64,000 nt of DNA from Spirochaetia bacterium (GCA_045606105.1 JAZURI010000009.1:67611-131610); one strand, 5' to 3'. Counted from the stretch's first letter, positions 20,050 to 30,045 are shown. A program made the numbers and translations. Notes: generated by a model not told the origin, from the sequence alone.

Positions 20050-20642
20050 TCTGCGGAATGGATGAGGTAGGGCGGGGTCCCCTTGCCGGCCCCGTGGTTG
20101 CCTCGGCTGTTGTGCTTCCGTCTGATTTTCCGGTGGAGATACTGGCAGACTCCAAGAAGCTTTCCGAAAAAAAGAGGATGGCAGCCTGCGATATCATCAT
20201 GGAAAAGGCTGTTTCCTGGGGAACCGGATGGGTATGGCCCTTTGAAATAGATGAAATAAATATTCTCAACGCATCGCTGCTGGCTATGAAAAGGGCCTGG
20301 GAAGCCATGACTGTTCCGGTGGAGCCTGACAGGATCCTGGTGGACGGAATCTATGTTCCCGATATCAGGACCCATATTCCCATGGAGGCGGTAATAAAGG
20401 GCGATGACAAGGTTCATGAGATAATGGCGGCTTCCATAGTTGCAAAGACTCTCAGGGATCTGTGGATGACCCGGTATTCATGGATTGAGGATAGGTACGG
20501 TTTTGAAAAGCATAAGGGGTACCCGACAAAGGCTCACCGGGATGCCGTGGAAAAATACGGCCTCACCCCGATACACAGAAAAAGCTTCAGAATTTCTTTT
20601 CCCGATCACGGTCGCGGTCACGATCACGGTCAGTTCTCCTGA
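20046..20642 (+). CDS. rnhB: ribonuclease HII
   Basis: GMDEVGRGPLAGPV, DSKKLS, KGD, AASIVAK, KGYPT and HRKSF motifs. Confidence 0.96.
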   Translation: MICGMDEVGRGPLAGPVVASAVVLPSDFPVEILADSKKLSEKKRMAACDIIMEKAVSWGTGWVWPFEIDEINILNASLLAMKRAWEAMTVPVEPDRILVDGIYVPDIRTHIPMEAVIKGDDKVHEIMAASIVAKTLRDLWMTRYSWIEDRYGFEKHKGYPTKAHRDAVEKYGLTPIHRKSFRISFPDHGRGHDHGQFS

Positions 20643-21003
20643 CAAACCTGTGTTCAGACCTTCTTTCCGGTCTGAAATCGAATCTGCGTTCAGATCTGTA
20701 TTCCGGTTTTCTTTCTGTTCTGTATTCTGATCTGGAGTCTGATCTTGAATCAGATCTGTGCTCGGACCTGAAATCCGGCTTCTGATTGACAAAGCGTGCT
20801 GCCTTCATCAGCTCCTTCATGAAGTTTTCCATATCTTCTTCGTAAACCATAACGGAATGGCGTTCGAATTCACCGTTAGGCATTTTTTTGCTTTCTACTA
20901 TATTGAGAAAATGGCTTCCTGTTCTGTTTTCCTTTACGTTAAAGAAGTAAGTCCTTTTATCTGTCATAAACTGCGAAGAAAATAATTCTCCTCTGATGGC
21001 CAT
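20587..21003 (-). CDS. PUR-repeat (DUF3276) nucleic-acid-binding protein with R/S/D/E-rich tail
   Basis: RGELFS..KRTYFFNVKENR.G..FLNIVESK...FERHSVMVYEED..F. Confidence 0.85.
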   Translation of the reverse strand: MAIRGELFSSQFMTDKRTYFFNVKENRTGSHFLNIVESKKMPNGEFERHSVMVYEEDMENFMKELMKAARFVNQKPDFRSEHRSDSRSDSRSEYRTERKPEYRSERRFDFRPERRSEHRFVRRTDRDRDRDRDREKKF

Positions 21004-21074
21004 ATTCTGCCCCTTCCATTAAATAGTTTGTAAATGAACTTTATAATATTGATTATCTTTATTCAATAACCATA

Positions 21075-21103
21075 TTGACAAATTCTTTTTAAATTTGTAT
21101 AAA
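21075..21103 (+). promoter_or_regulatory. sigma70 promoter of tRNA-Gly
   Basis: TTGACA-17 nt-TATAAA. Confidence 0.65.
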
Positions 21104-21127
21104 TATCATGTTGATTCAAAACAACAT

Positions 21128-21199
<72 letters not shown>

Positions 21200-21285
21200 T
21201 AGTCTAAGTTTTAGACAAATTTTCTCTTACTGCACGGGTTAACCCCCGGCTTTTTTTTTGTCCGGACATCTGCTATAATAAATCC

Positions 21286-22224
21286 ATGAAAAAGAATCTC
21301 TCTTTTCTCGGTCTGGGAACCTGGTGTTTCGGTGATGAAGAGAATCCTTCCGTATCCGATCCCATGAAAAGCTACTGGGGCGGCCAGAAAAGAAGCGACA
21401 GTATAAAGACTCTCCATGCAGCCCTGAGGGCAGGTATAAACCATTTTGATACAGCTCAGGTTTACGGAAACGGAAGATCGGAGCAGATAGTAGGGCAGGA
21501 GCTCCGCCGTGTCAGGGAAAAGGTGATCATTGCCGACAAGTTCATGCCCTACGAGGGAAACCGGGATTATGTGATCCGGAAGACGGAGCTCTCTCTCAGG
21601 AGGCTCAACAGCGACTACATAGATATAATGTACATTCACTGGCCGGTACCGGGGGTGGAGAATGCCTGTGTTACCGAGGCTCTTGAAAAGTTGCGGGAGC
21701 AGGGAAAGATAAGATATATCGGTGTCAGCAATTTCAGCTGTCGTGAACTGGAGGAGGCTCTCAGGGGCGGAACTGTGGATTTCTGCCAGGTGGGCTATAA
21801 TTTCCTGTGGCGCCGGTGCGAAAGGGATATTCTTCCGTTCTGCCGGGAAAAAGGAATTTCCACCGTGGCCTACAGCTTCTTTGCCCAGGGCTTTCTTACC
21901 GGAAGCAGCTTCGGTGCTTCCGACCACCGCCGGAACCTTGTATTCTGCCGTGATGAAAAATATGCCCGGGCGGCCCGGGAACTGAGGCTTCTGGCTGAGG
22001 AAAACGGTGTTACCGTTCCGGCTCTTCTTTTTGCCTGGGGCAGAAGTCTGGGGCTTCTTGATTCCGTACTGGTGGGCTGCAGGAACAGAAAAAGCCTTGA
22101 GGATAATGCAGCCGCCCTGTCGGTGCCGGTTCCTGCCGGTATTGTGGAAAAGGCGGCGGCGATTTCAGAAAAGGTCTGTTTTCAGGAAAACGGATACGAA
22201 AACATATTTGACCACGGGGTATAG
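21286..22224 (+). CDS. aldo/keto reductase
   Basis: LGLGTW, FDTAQVYG.G.SE, K, SLRRL..DYID..YIHWP, GKIRYIGVSNF motifs. Confidence 0.92.
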   Translation: MKKNLSFLGLGTWCFGDEENPSVSDPMKSYWGGQKRSDSIKTLHAALRAGINHFDTAQVYGNGRSEQIVGQELRRVREKVIIADKFMPYEGNRDYVIRKTELSLRRLNSDYIDIMYIHWPVPGVENACVTEALEKLREQGKIRYIGVSNFSCRELEEALRGGTVDFCQVGYNFLWRRCERDILPFCREKGISTVAYSFFAQGFLTGSSFGASDHRRNLVFCRDEKYARAARELRLLAEENGVTVPALLFAWGRSLGLLDSVLVGCRNRKSLEDNAAALSVPVPAGIVEKAAAISEKVCFQENGYENIFDHGV

Positions 22225-22264
22225 ATGTTCACGGAATGAACAAGTTCTGAGGCCTGGTTTTTTT

Positions 22265-22909
22265 TCAGCAGATAAAAGATGAAACAAGGTTGTTCAGTTC
22301 CTGAACATCTCTGCAGGTGAATTCAGGTTCTGTGGCTGCCAGGGTTTCCGGTGTCTGCCATCCGTAGGTTACGGCAATGGTCCGGACTCCCGCTTTTTTC
22401 CCCTCGGTTATGTCTCCCATGGTATCCCCGATCATGAATGTGTTTTCGGGAAGGACGGAAAAGCTTTTCATCATGGCACATATCTTCTCCGATTTGCTGC
22501 CCGGTGTTTCGGCTCCGGTGATAATGTCGGAAATATTGCCGGCCTCCGTAAGGGAGAGCCTTCTCGAAACGGTATCCCGGTGGTTGCCGGTGTTTACCGC
22601 AAGGTAGTGTCCCTTCTCCTTTATCAGTCTGAAAATATCGGTTATTCCGGCAAAAACCGGTGTCCGGGATGCACTTTCCCTGAGCCCGGCCATGAATTCA
22701 TCATGATACCGGGGATACTCCTCTGCAGGTACTCCTATTGTCTCAAAAGCCTTGTCAAACATAACGGAAGGCATTTTTCCTATGATCTCCCTGTTTATCC
22801 GGCCCGGAATCCCGTGTTTTCCGGCTATGGTATTCAGGGTATTGATGCAGGAGTCCAGAGAGTCCACTATTACCCCGTCATAATCAAAAATAAATAAAAA
22901 TTTTTTCAT
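22265..22909 (-). CDS. HAD family phosphatase (phosphoglycolate phosphatase-like)
   Basis: MKKFLFIFDYDGVIVDS, NTGN and MIGDTMGD motifs. Confidence 0.85.
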   Translation of the reverse strand: MKKFLFIFDYDGVIVDSLDSCINTLNTIAGKHGIPGRINREIIGKMPSVMFDKAFETIGVPAEEYPRYHDEFMAGLRESASRTPVFAGITDIFRLIKEKGHYLAVNTGNHRDTVSRRLSLTEAGNISDIITGAETPGSKSEKICAMMKSFSVLPENTFMIGDTMGDITEGKKAGVRTIAVTYGWQTPETLAATEPEFTCRDVQELNNLVSSFIC

Positions 22910-22990
22910 ACTGATAATCACTTATATTGATATTTCTTCTTTGAAAATATAACATTATTTATAAGTTTAAACAATTTGTCGGGGGTACAA

Positions 22991-25120
22991 ATGGAGACAA
23001 GAATAGTTGATTTCAGCGAAACTTCCCTGCATTCCATCTACGGTGAAAACTGTTTCAATGATGCAAACATGCGGGAGCTTTTACCAAAATCTGTCTATAA
23101 GGAACTGAAGGAGATTCAGAAGGGGAACAAGACCCTTACTCCGGAGATTGCGGAAGCAGTAGCCAGCGCCATGAAAACCTGGGCCGTTTCCAAGGGGGCA
23201 ACCCACTTTACCCATTGGTTCCAGCCTCTCAACGATCTTACCGCAGAAAAGCACGATGCCTTCATCACCCCTACCGATGACGGAAAAGTTATCCTTGAAT
23301 TTTCCGGCAAGGAGCTTCTGAAGGGAGAATCCGATGCCTCCTCTTTTCCCAGCGGCGGTCTCCGTTCCACCTTCGAGGCCAGGGGATACACAGCCTGGGA
23401 TACCACATCGCCTGCCTTCCTCATGCCTGACAATTCCGGTGTGACCCTCAACATACCGACAGCATTCTTTTCATATACCGGGGATTCCCTTGACAAGAAG
23501 GGACCTCTTCTGAAGTCCATGGATGTGCTGGACAAGGCCAGCCTCAGGCTTCTCAGGGCCATGGGCAACAAGACTGCAAGAAAGGTCTTTGCCACAGTGG
23601 GAGCCGAACAGGAATACTTCCTGGTGGACAAGAAATATTACGACACAAGATCGGACCTGGTGCTGTGCAAGAAGACTCTTTTCGGCTCCATGCCGGGAAA
23701 GGGACAGGAACTTAACAGCCATTACTACGGAAATATCAGGCTCCGGGTAGCCGATTTCATGAGAGAGCTTAACTGCGAGCTCTGGAAAATGGGTATTCCA
23801 GCCAAGACACAGCACAATGAGGTGGCTCCGAACCAGTTCGAGCTGGCACCGGTCTATTCTACGGTAAATGTGGCAACCGATCAGAACCAGCTTACCATGC
23901 TTATCCTCCGCAAGGTGGCCAAGAGACACGGTCTGGCTGTTCTTCTGAACGAGAAGCCTTTCAAGGGGGTAAACGGCTCGGGAAAGCACAACAACTGGTC
24001 TCTCTGTACCGACGAAGGGGTAAATCTGCTGGAGCCGGGTGACGATCCGAAATCCAATACCCAGTTCCTCCTTTTCCTTTCGGCAATTATCAAGGGATGC
24101 GACAAATATGCCCGGCTCATAAGATTTTCTGCCAGCAATGCGGGAAACGATTACCGTCTCGGTGCGGCCGAGGCTCCTCCTGCCATTATTTCGGTTTTTC
24201 TCGGAGACGAGCTGGAGGAGATTCTTGACAAGCTGTCAAAGCATGAGGACATTACCTCTGCCAAGATAGGCAAGATTCAGTTCGGTGTAAATTCCCTTCC
24301 TGCCGTGCCGCGGGATTCCACAGACCGTAACAGGACATCTCCTATGGCCTTTACCGGTAACAAGTTCGAGTTCAGGATGGTGGGTTCATCTGCCTCCATT
24401 GCCAATCCGAACACAGTTTTCAATACAGTGGTGGCCTCCGTGCTGGAGGAGTTTGCCGAAGAGCTGGAGCAGGCAAAGAGCAAGTCCGATGCGGTGCTTA
24501 AGCTTATAACCGACACCTACAGGAACCACAGAAGAATCATTTTCAACGGAAACGGATATTCCGATGAGTGGGTGAAGGAGGCTGAAAGAAGAGGTCTTCC
24601 CAACATCACCAACAATGTGGATGCAATTTCCGAAATAATCTCTTCCGAATCGGTGGAGCTTTTTGAAAGGATGAAGGTTCTGAACCGTCAGGAGCTTGAG
24701 GCAAGATACAATATCTATCTTCAGGTTTACAGCCGTCAGATAAAGATGGAAGCCACAGTAATGCTTCAGATGGCCAGAAAGGATATTTTCCCTGCGGCCC
24801 TGAAATATGTACATGATGTGGCCTCTACCCTGAATCAGGTTCGGGCTACCGGAATCAGCTGTCCTATGGCAAGAGAAGAGGGAATAGTTGCAGCCCTTAT
24901 GGAAAATATCGACAAAATGGAGGAGACCTGCATCAGCCTCGAGAAGGAGCTCAAGACTACCCACGAGATTACAGGTCCGTTTGAAAAGGCCGCAGCCTAC
25001 AGGGACAATGTACAGGCCAAGATGAAGACACTCCGTTTCTATGCAGATGCTCTGGAGAGAATGGTCGGAAAGACATACTGGCCTTTCGCAACCTACGAAG
25101 ACCTGCTGTTCAAGATGTGA
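22991..25120 (+). CDS. glnA: glutamine synthetase type III
   Basis: THFTHWFQPL, AEKHD, DASSFPSGG, GAEQEYF, HNEVAPNQFE, NGSGKHNNWS and DRNRTSP motifs. Confidence 0.95.
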   Translation: METRIVDFSETSLHSIYGENCFNDANMRELLPKSVYKELKEIQKGNKTLTPEIAEAVASAMKTWAVSKGATHFTHWFQPLNDLTAEKHDAFITPTDDGKVILEFSGKELLKGESDASSFPSGGLRSTFEARGYTAWDTTSPAFLMPDNSGVTLNIPTAFFSYTGDSLDKKGPLLKSMDVLDKASLRLLRAMGNKTARKVFATVGAEQEYFLVDKKYYDTRSDLVLCKKTLFGSMPGKGQELNSHYYGNIRLRVADFMRELNCELWKMGIPAKTQHNEVAPNQFELAPVYSTVNVATDQNQLTMLILRKVAKRHGLAVLLNEKPFKGVNGSGKHNNWSLCTDEGVNLLEPGDDPKSNTQFLLFLSAIIKGCDKYARLIRFSASNAGNDYRLGAAEAPPAIISVFLGDELEEILDKLSKHEDITSAKIGKIQFGVNSLPAVPRDSTDRNRTSPMAFTGNKFEFRMVGSSASIANPNTVFNTVVASVLEEFAEELEQAKSKSDAVLKLITDTYRNHRRIIFNGNGYSDEWVKEAERRGLPNITNNVDAISEIISSESVELFERMKVLNRQELEARYNIYLQVYSRQIKMEATVMLQMARKDIFPAALKYVHDVASTLNQVRATGISCPMAREEGIVAALMENIDKMEETCISLEKELKTTHEITGPFEKAAAYRDNVQAKMKTLRFYADALERMVGKTYWPFATYEDLLFKM

Positions 25121-25146
25121 GAAACTTCTTTAATGTTTAAGCCGGC

Positions 25147-25776
25147 TCAGTACTTCTGGGCCTTGGCTGAGGATTTCTTCAGCTCGGGATGCTTGTTGAA
25201 ATAGGTATTCCAGTCATCGATCTTGTCTCCGTCATGGATGACAAAGGCATGCTTTGCCTTTTCTGCCACATAGTGGTCTGACCATGCATCGCTGTAGAAA
25301 TCGTCAATAACCGATGTATCGAAATGTTTTCTGAAATTATCCAGCTTGTATTCTCCGATGGCAAACTTTCCGTTGATTTTTCCGGTATGCTCATCCATGT
25401 CGGTGGCTACCAGGTTATGGAGTCCCAGTCTTCTGAGAATAGGCTTAATGAGGAATGAGGGTGTTCCGCTGGCAACGATATCCTCCGGGTCCTTCTGCTC
25501 CAGATACCATTTCTTGAGTCTGGCCTGGTGCTTGTCCCAGAAATCCTCCAGAATGGCATCAAGCTTGCCCATCTTGTCCAGCTTTCTGAGGAACATATAC
25601 TGTCCTTGTCTGGCGGCAGTCTTGTCTATCAGCTTCATGTTGAGAAGCTCAGTCCACCACAGAAAATTCAGATGATAAAAGAAAAGCTCTTTTTTATAGG
25701 TTTTGAAGATATATTCGAAAAAGCAGTCCTCGCAGTCCCCCGAATACATTGTTTCGTCAAAATCATAAACATTCAT
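25147..25776 (-). CDS. HAD-IB family hydrolase
   Basis: YDFDET, ASGTP, K and FYSDAWSD motifs. Confidence 0.8.
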   Translation of the reverse strand: MNVYDFDETMYSGDCEDCFFEYIFKTYKKELFFYHLNFLWWTELLNMKLIDKTAARQGQYMFLRKLDKMGKLDAILEDFWDKHQARLKKWYLEQKDPEDIVASGTPSFLIKPILRRLGLHNLVATDMDEHTGKINGKFAIGEYKLDNFRKHFDTSVIDDFYSDAWSDHYVAEKAKHAFVIHDGDKIDDWNTYFNKHPELKKSSAKAQKY

Positions 25777-25903
25777 TTTCAGTTCCCCCGTTTAACTAGA
25801 ATATAGCATAAATAAAGGTCAAAAACAATAGATAATTTTTTGTCATTTAAATACTTCTATAAATATATTATTTTGACTATAATAACCGTCAGGAGATGAG
25901 AAA

Positions 25904-27433
25904 ATGGATATTGATATAAAGAATCTGCATCCTCTGGAGATAAAGCTTCTTCTTCATTTTGCAGAAAATGAAATTACAGTGGAAAAGGTCGGCAGCACCC
26001 TGGGTTTTGAGACAGGACAGTGCAATCAGGTTTTCAGCTGGCTTTCCGTAAAAAATCTTATCAGAGAGAAAAGCAGAACTCTGAGAATCATCTATGAGCT
26101 TACAGAGCTTGGTGCCGATTACAGGGCCAAGGGAACTCCTGCCGAACAGATATTCAGGCTTGTTGCGGAGAAGGGGGCAATGACACTTCCTGAAATCGCC
26201 AAGGAGCTGGGTCTGGAAAACAAGGACGTAGGTACAGCCTTCGGACAGCTTTCCAAGGAAGGTATTCTGGCTATGGACGGAGAAAAGAAGGCATCCCTTA
26301 AGAATGACTCCGTTTCGGCAACAATGAAGATAACAAGGGATCTTCTCGACAGGGAAGGTCAGATTGCAGAGGCATCCCTTTCAGACGAAGAAAAGAGGGT
26401 AATGGCCGGCATCAGCAAGAAAAGAGGTGCCGCAGGAGCCCCTTTCAAGGTTATTGAGAGAGAGGACGTGGTTTACGAGTTCACACCGGAAGGGGAAGAG
26501 GCAAAGAAGCTGCTTCTGGCCAAGGGTGTTACCGGAGAGGAAATCGGAGTGCTTACTCCGGAAATGCTCCGCAAGGGGGACTGGAAAGGAAAGACCTTCA
26601 GAAGCTACAACGTGAAGACTCCTCCTACAAGGGTACTTCTGGGAAGACACAATCCATATACCGTTTTCCTTGACAGCGTTAAGGATAAGCTGGTTTCACT
26701 GGGCTTTGAGGAGTATGACGGTCCGCTGGTGGAAACAGAGTTCTGGAACTGCGATGCTCTTTTCATGCCTCAGTTCCATGCTGCCAGAGATATTCATGAT
26801 GTATACCAGATCAAGAATCCTCAGAGAGCAAAGGAAATCGAGCAGCCTTATCTGGACCGTGTTGCTGCCACCCACAAGGACGGATGGCTTACAGGCAGCC
26901 GCGGATGGGATTACGAATTTGACCATGACTTTACAAAGCGTCTTATCCTCAGGAGCCAGGGAACAGTTCTTTCCGCAAAACAGCTCCACAAGGCCAAGAT
27001 TCCTGGAAAATATTTCGGTATCGCAAGATGCTTCAGATACGACAAGGTGGATGCTACCCATCTTTCAGACTTCTATCAGACAGAGGGTATCGTTCTCGGT
27101 GACGATGTCAACATGAAGACACTTCTGGGACTTCTCAGGATGTTTGCGGTAGAGGTGGCCGGTGCTACAGATGTAATGTATGTTCCTGGCTATTTCCCTT
27201 TCACAGAGCCTTCTGTAGAGGTTCATATCAAGCATCCGGTTCTGGGATGGTTCGAGCTGGGAGGAGCCGGAATCTTCCGTCCTGAGGTTACAAAGCCGAT
27301 GAACGTGGATTGTCCTGTTCTTGCCTGGGGTCTGGGAATCGACAGAATGGCGCTCATGTCTCTGGGACTCAACGACCTTCGTGAACTTTTCTCATCTGAC
27401 ATTGAAAATATCCGTTTAAGAAGGAGCAAATAA
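25904..27433 (+). CDS. pheS: phenylalanyl-tRNA synthetase alpha subunit (archaeal/eukaryotic type)
   Basis: Long N-terminal extension (509 aa); FWNCDALFMPQFH.AR, FR..DATH, YFPFTEPS and GAGIFRPEV motifs. Confidence 0.96.
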   Translation: MDIDIKNLHPLEIKLLLHFAENEITVEKVGSTLGFETGQCNQVFSWLSVKNLIREKSRTLRIIYELTELGADYRAKGTPAEQIFRLVAEKGAMTLPEIAKELGLENKDVGTAFGQLSKEGILAMDGEKKASLKNDSVSATMKITRDLLDREGQIAEASLSDEEKRVMAGISKKRGAAGAPFKVIEREDVVYEFTPEGEEAKKLLLAKGVTGEEIGVLTPEMLRKGDWKGKTFRSYNVKTPPTRVLLGRHNPYTVFLDSVKDKLVSLGFEEYDGPLVETEFWNCDALFMPQFHAARDIHDVYQIKNPQRAKEIEQPYLDRVAATHKDGWLTGSRGWDYEFDHDFTKRLILRSQGTVLSAKQLHKAKIPGKYFGIARCFRYDKVDATHLSDFYQTEGIVLGDDVNMKTLLGLLRMFAVEVAGATDVMYVPGYFPFTEPSVEVHIKHPVLGWFELGGAGIFRPEVTKPMNVDCPVLAWGLGIDRMALMSLGLNDLRELFSSDIENIRLRRSK

Positions 27434-27434
27434 A

Positions 27435-29135
27435 ATGCCTAAAATTGAAGTTTCGGGTGAAGCACTCTATAAATATATGGGACAGAAGATTACAGGACAG
27501 GAGTTCCTTGATCTGATTCCGGCCGCAAAGGCAGAGCTTGACGAAGAGGACGGAGATACACTCAAGATCGAGCTTAACGATACAAACCGTCCTGACCTCT
27601 GGTCCACAGCAGGACTGGGAAGACAGCTCCGTCTCTATCTGGGCGGCGAAATTCCTCAGTATCCGTTCTTTTCAAGGGAAGGGGATATCAAGGACAATGA
27701 AGGAAGAACTGTTGAGGTAGATTCCTCAGTAAGGGATATCCGTCCTTATGAGGTTGCCTTTGCCGTAAGAAGCAGGACCGGTATTTCCGATGCGGGACTC
27801 AAGGACATTATCCAGACCCAGGAAAAGCTGTGCTGGAACTACGGCCGCAAGAGAAAATCCATTGCCATGGGTGTCTTCAGAAGCGACATGGTAAAATATC
27901 CTGTAAAATATTTTGCTGCAGATCCTGACAAAACCAGCTTTGTTCCTCTCGGATTCACAGAAAAGATGACTCTCAGGGAAATTCTCGAGAAGCATCCGAA
28001 GGGACAGGATTTCGGATACATCATCAAGGATATGCCGGGTTATCCGTATATCACCGATGCAGACGGCAATACACTCAGTATGCCTCCTGTCATCAACTCC
28101 AACGAAAGCGGCGCCGTGGAAGTAGGGGACAAGAATCTTTTTATCGAGATTACAGGAACCGACATGCCGTCACTTATCCTTACAGCCTCCATCGTGGCCT
28201 GTGACCTTTACGATTCTGGTTTCGAGATTCTGCCGGTAAAGGTTGTATACCCTTATGACACACCGTTCGGACGGGAAATCACCATTCCGTACTATTTCCA
28301 GAAGCCTGTGACAGTGGATCTTCCTTATATCAACAAGATTCTGGGAGATGACCTTACCATTGAGGAAGCAGCTTCATACTGCGAAAAAATGGGCGACAAG
28401 GTGGAAATCAACGGCGATGTACTTACCCTTTTCCCTCCTGAATACAGAAATGACTTCCTCCATTCCGTGGATATCGTGGAAGATATCATGATCGGAAAGG
28501 GACTGAAGAATTTCGAGCAGGTTATGCCTTCAGACTTTACCGTAGGCCGTATTTCAAAGGAATCTGCATTTGCCCGCCAGGTAAAGAACGTAATGGTAGG
28601 TCTGGGATTCCAGGAAATGGCATACTGCTATCTCGGTTCCGCAAGGGACTATATCGAAAGAATGAACATCACACCGGAGAAGGTGGTTCAGATTGCAAAC
28701 CCTATGAGCGAGAACTTCGAGTTTGTAAGACCATCCGTTCTTCCGTGTCTTCTCAATTCGGAATCCATTTCAAGCAATGCGGTATATCCGCACAATATCT
28801 TTGAGATCGGAAAGATTGCTCTTATCGATCCTGAAGAAAACTACGGTGTAAAGACCATCAATTCCATCGGTATCCTTTCAGCTGACAAGGATGCAGGCTT
28901 CAACTCCGTAAACTCCCATGTTTCAGCCCTTTTCTTCTACATCGGGGCAGAGTGCGAGCTGGAGGAGACTGAAGATCCGCGCTTTATTCCGGGCCGCTGT
29001 GCAAAGATCATCTCTGCAGGCCGTCAGGTAGGTATCATGGGCGAGGTCAATCCTGTAGTTCTGGAAAACTGGGGTATCCAGGTACCGTGCACAGCCTGCG
29101 AGGTAAATCTGGATCTGGTTCTTGAATCCAAATAA
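27435..29135 (+). CDS. pheT: phenylalanyl-tRNA synthetase beta subunit (short, archaeal/eukaryotic type)
   Basis: 566 aa; NRPDLWS, QEKL..GRKRK, SMPPVINS and R.DFLH.VDIVED motifs. Confidence 0.95.
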   Translation: MPKIEVSGEALYKYMGQKITGQEFLDLIPAAKAELDEEDGDTLKIELNDTNRPDLWSTAGLGRQLRLYLGGEIPQYPFFSREGDIKDNEGRTVEVDSSVRDIRPYEVAFAVRSRTGISDAGLKDIIQTQEKLCWNYGRKRKSIAMGVFRSDMVKYPVKYFAADPDKTSFVPLGFTEKMTLREILEKHPKGQDFGYIIKDMPGYPYITDADGNTLSMPPVINSNESGAVEVGDKNLFIEITGTDMPSLILTASIVACDLYDSGFEILPVKVVYPYDTPFGREITIPYYFQKPVTVDLPYINKILGDDLTIEEAASYCEKMGDKVEINGDVLTLFPPEYRNDFLHSVDIVEDIMIGKGLKNFEQVMPSDFTVGRISKESAFARQVKNVMVGLGFQEMAYCYLGSARDYIERMNITPEKVVQIANPMSENFEFVRPSVLPCLLNSESISSNAVYPHNIFEIGKIALIDPEENYGVKTINSIGILSADKDAGFNSVNSHVSALFFYIGAECELEETEDPRFIPGRCAKIISAGRQVGIMGEVNPVVLENWGIQVPCTACEVNLDLVLESK

Positions 29136-29146
29136 GGAGCTTTTTT

Positions 29147-29635
29147 ATGGACATTAAATTTTCGGCAGTTCAGGCAATCATTCCCGAAGAGGCAAATATC
29201 ATCGTGGGTCAGTCCCACTTTATCAAGACTGTGGAGGATATCGAGGAACTCCTTGTTTCTTCCGTTCCGGGAATCGAATACGGTCTGGCCTTCAATGAGG
29301 CTTCCGGTCCGTGTCTGGTCAGAACAGGGGGAAACAATCCCGAACTGATGGCAGCTGCCGAAAAGAATGCCCTGGCAACAGGGGCGGGCCACACCTTTTA
29401 TCTTCTTATTAAAAAGGCCTTCCCTATAAATATCCTGAAGCAGCTCCAGGGCTGTCAGGAGGTGGTGGGTATCTTTGCCGCCACAGCCAATCCTCTCCAG
29501 ATCGTTATAGCGGAATCGGAGCAGGGAAAGGGAATCATGGGCGTTATCGACGGATTTTCCCCTAAGGGTACCGAATCTGACGAGGACAAGAAAAGCAGAA
29601 AGTCCCTTCTCAGGATGTTCGGATATAAATTTTAA
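29147..29635 (+). CDS. adenosine-specific kinase-like protein (DUF355)
   Basis: NIIVGQSHFIKTVED, AFNEASGPCL, GAGHTF, AATANP and GVIDG motifs. Confidence 0.85.
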   Translation: MDIKFSAVQAIIPEEANIIVGQSHFIKTVEDIEELLVSSVPGIEYGLAFNEASGPCLVRTGGNNPELMAAAEKNALATGAGHTFYLLIKKAFPINILKQLQGCQEVVGIFAATANPLQIVIAESEQGKGIMGVIDGFSPKGTESDEDKKSRKSLLRMFGYKF

Positions 29636-29644
29636 AAAAAAAGC

Positions 29645-29673
29645 TTGACAACTGAATATTGTTGTGTTAATTT
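29645..29673 (+). promoter_or_regulatory. sigma70 promoter of a small transcription unit
   Basis: TTGACA-17 nt-TAATTT. Confidence 0.55.
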
Positions 29674-29761
29674 TTAATTAGTAAAAGAGGAGTAGTTTAA
29701 AAGACTACAGATGGAGGATTAAAGAAAAGAATATATATACATACTTAACAAGGAGGATTAT

Positions 29762-29881
29762 ATGATGTTAAGTTCATTCCTGCGCTGCACTTCTGATATG
29801 GAGAAAATGTTAACCCGTGCAGTTATCGGTATGGCAGCAGTCCTGGTGACAGTATTAATCGGTCATGCGTTAGGACTCTGA
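29762..29881 (+). CDS. 39-aa small membrane protein (not in ORF track)
   Basis: AAGGAGG SD. MMLSSFLRCTSDMEKMLTRAVIGMAAVLVTVLIGHALGL; own promoter and terminator. Confidence 0.7.
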   Translation: MMLSSFLRCTSDMEKMLTRAVIGMAAVLVTVLIGHALGL

Positions 29882-29893
29882 GTTTAAAGAACG

Positions 29894-29941
29894 ACCTTTG
29901 CGGATTCATTAGGATATGAATTTGCGGGTTTGTTTTTTTTT
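29894..29941 (+). terminator. intrinsic terminator
   Basis: GCGGATTCAT-TAGGAT-ATGAATTTGC stem followed by a long T-run. Confidence 0.65.
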
Positions 29942-30045
29942 ATAGACCCTTCAAAAAACCTTTCCAAACCTTTCCGGAGCATCCGCTCCAAAAAGATTCA
30001 GTCAGTTTTATTTAAATTTTAAACTTTAAGTTGATTTTATTTTGA

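Noticed and set aside
25904-29135. Archaeal-type PheRS as a novel horizontal transfer
   Set aside because: Already a known spirochete trait; used only as a taxonomic clue.
29711-29722. Mini-ORF ATG GAG GAT TAA in the small-protein leader
   Set aside because: The nearest SD-like motif is about 18 nt upstream; too short to support without Ribo-seq.
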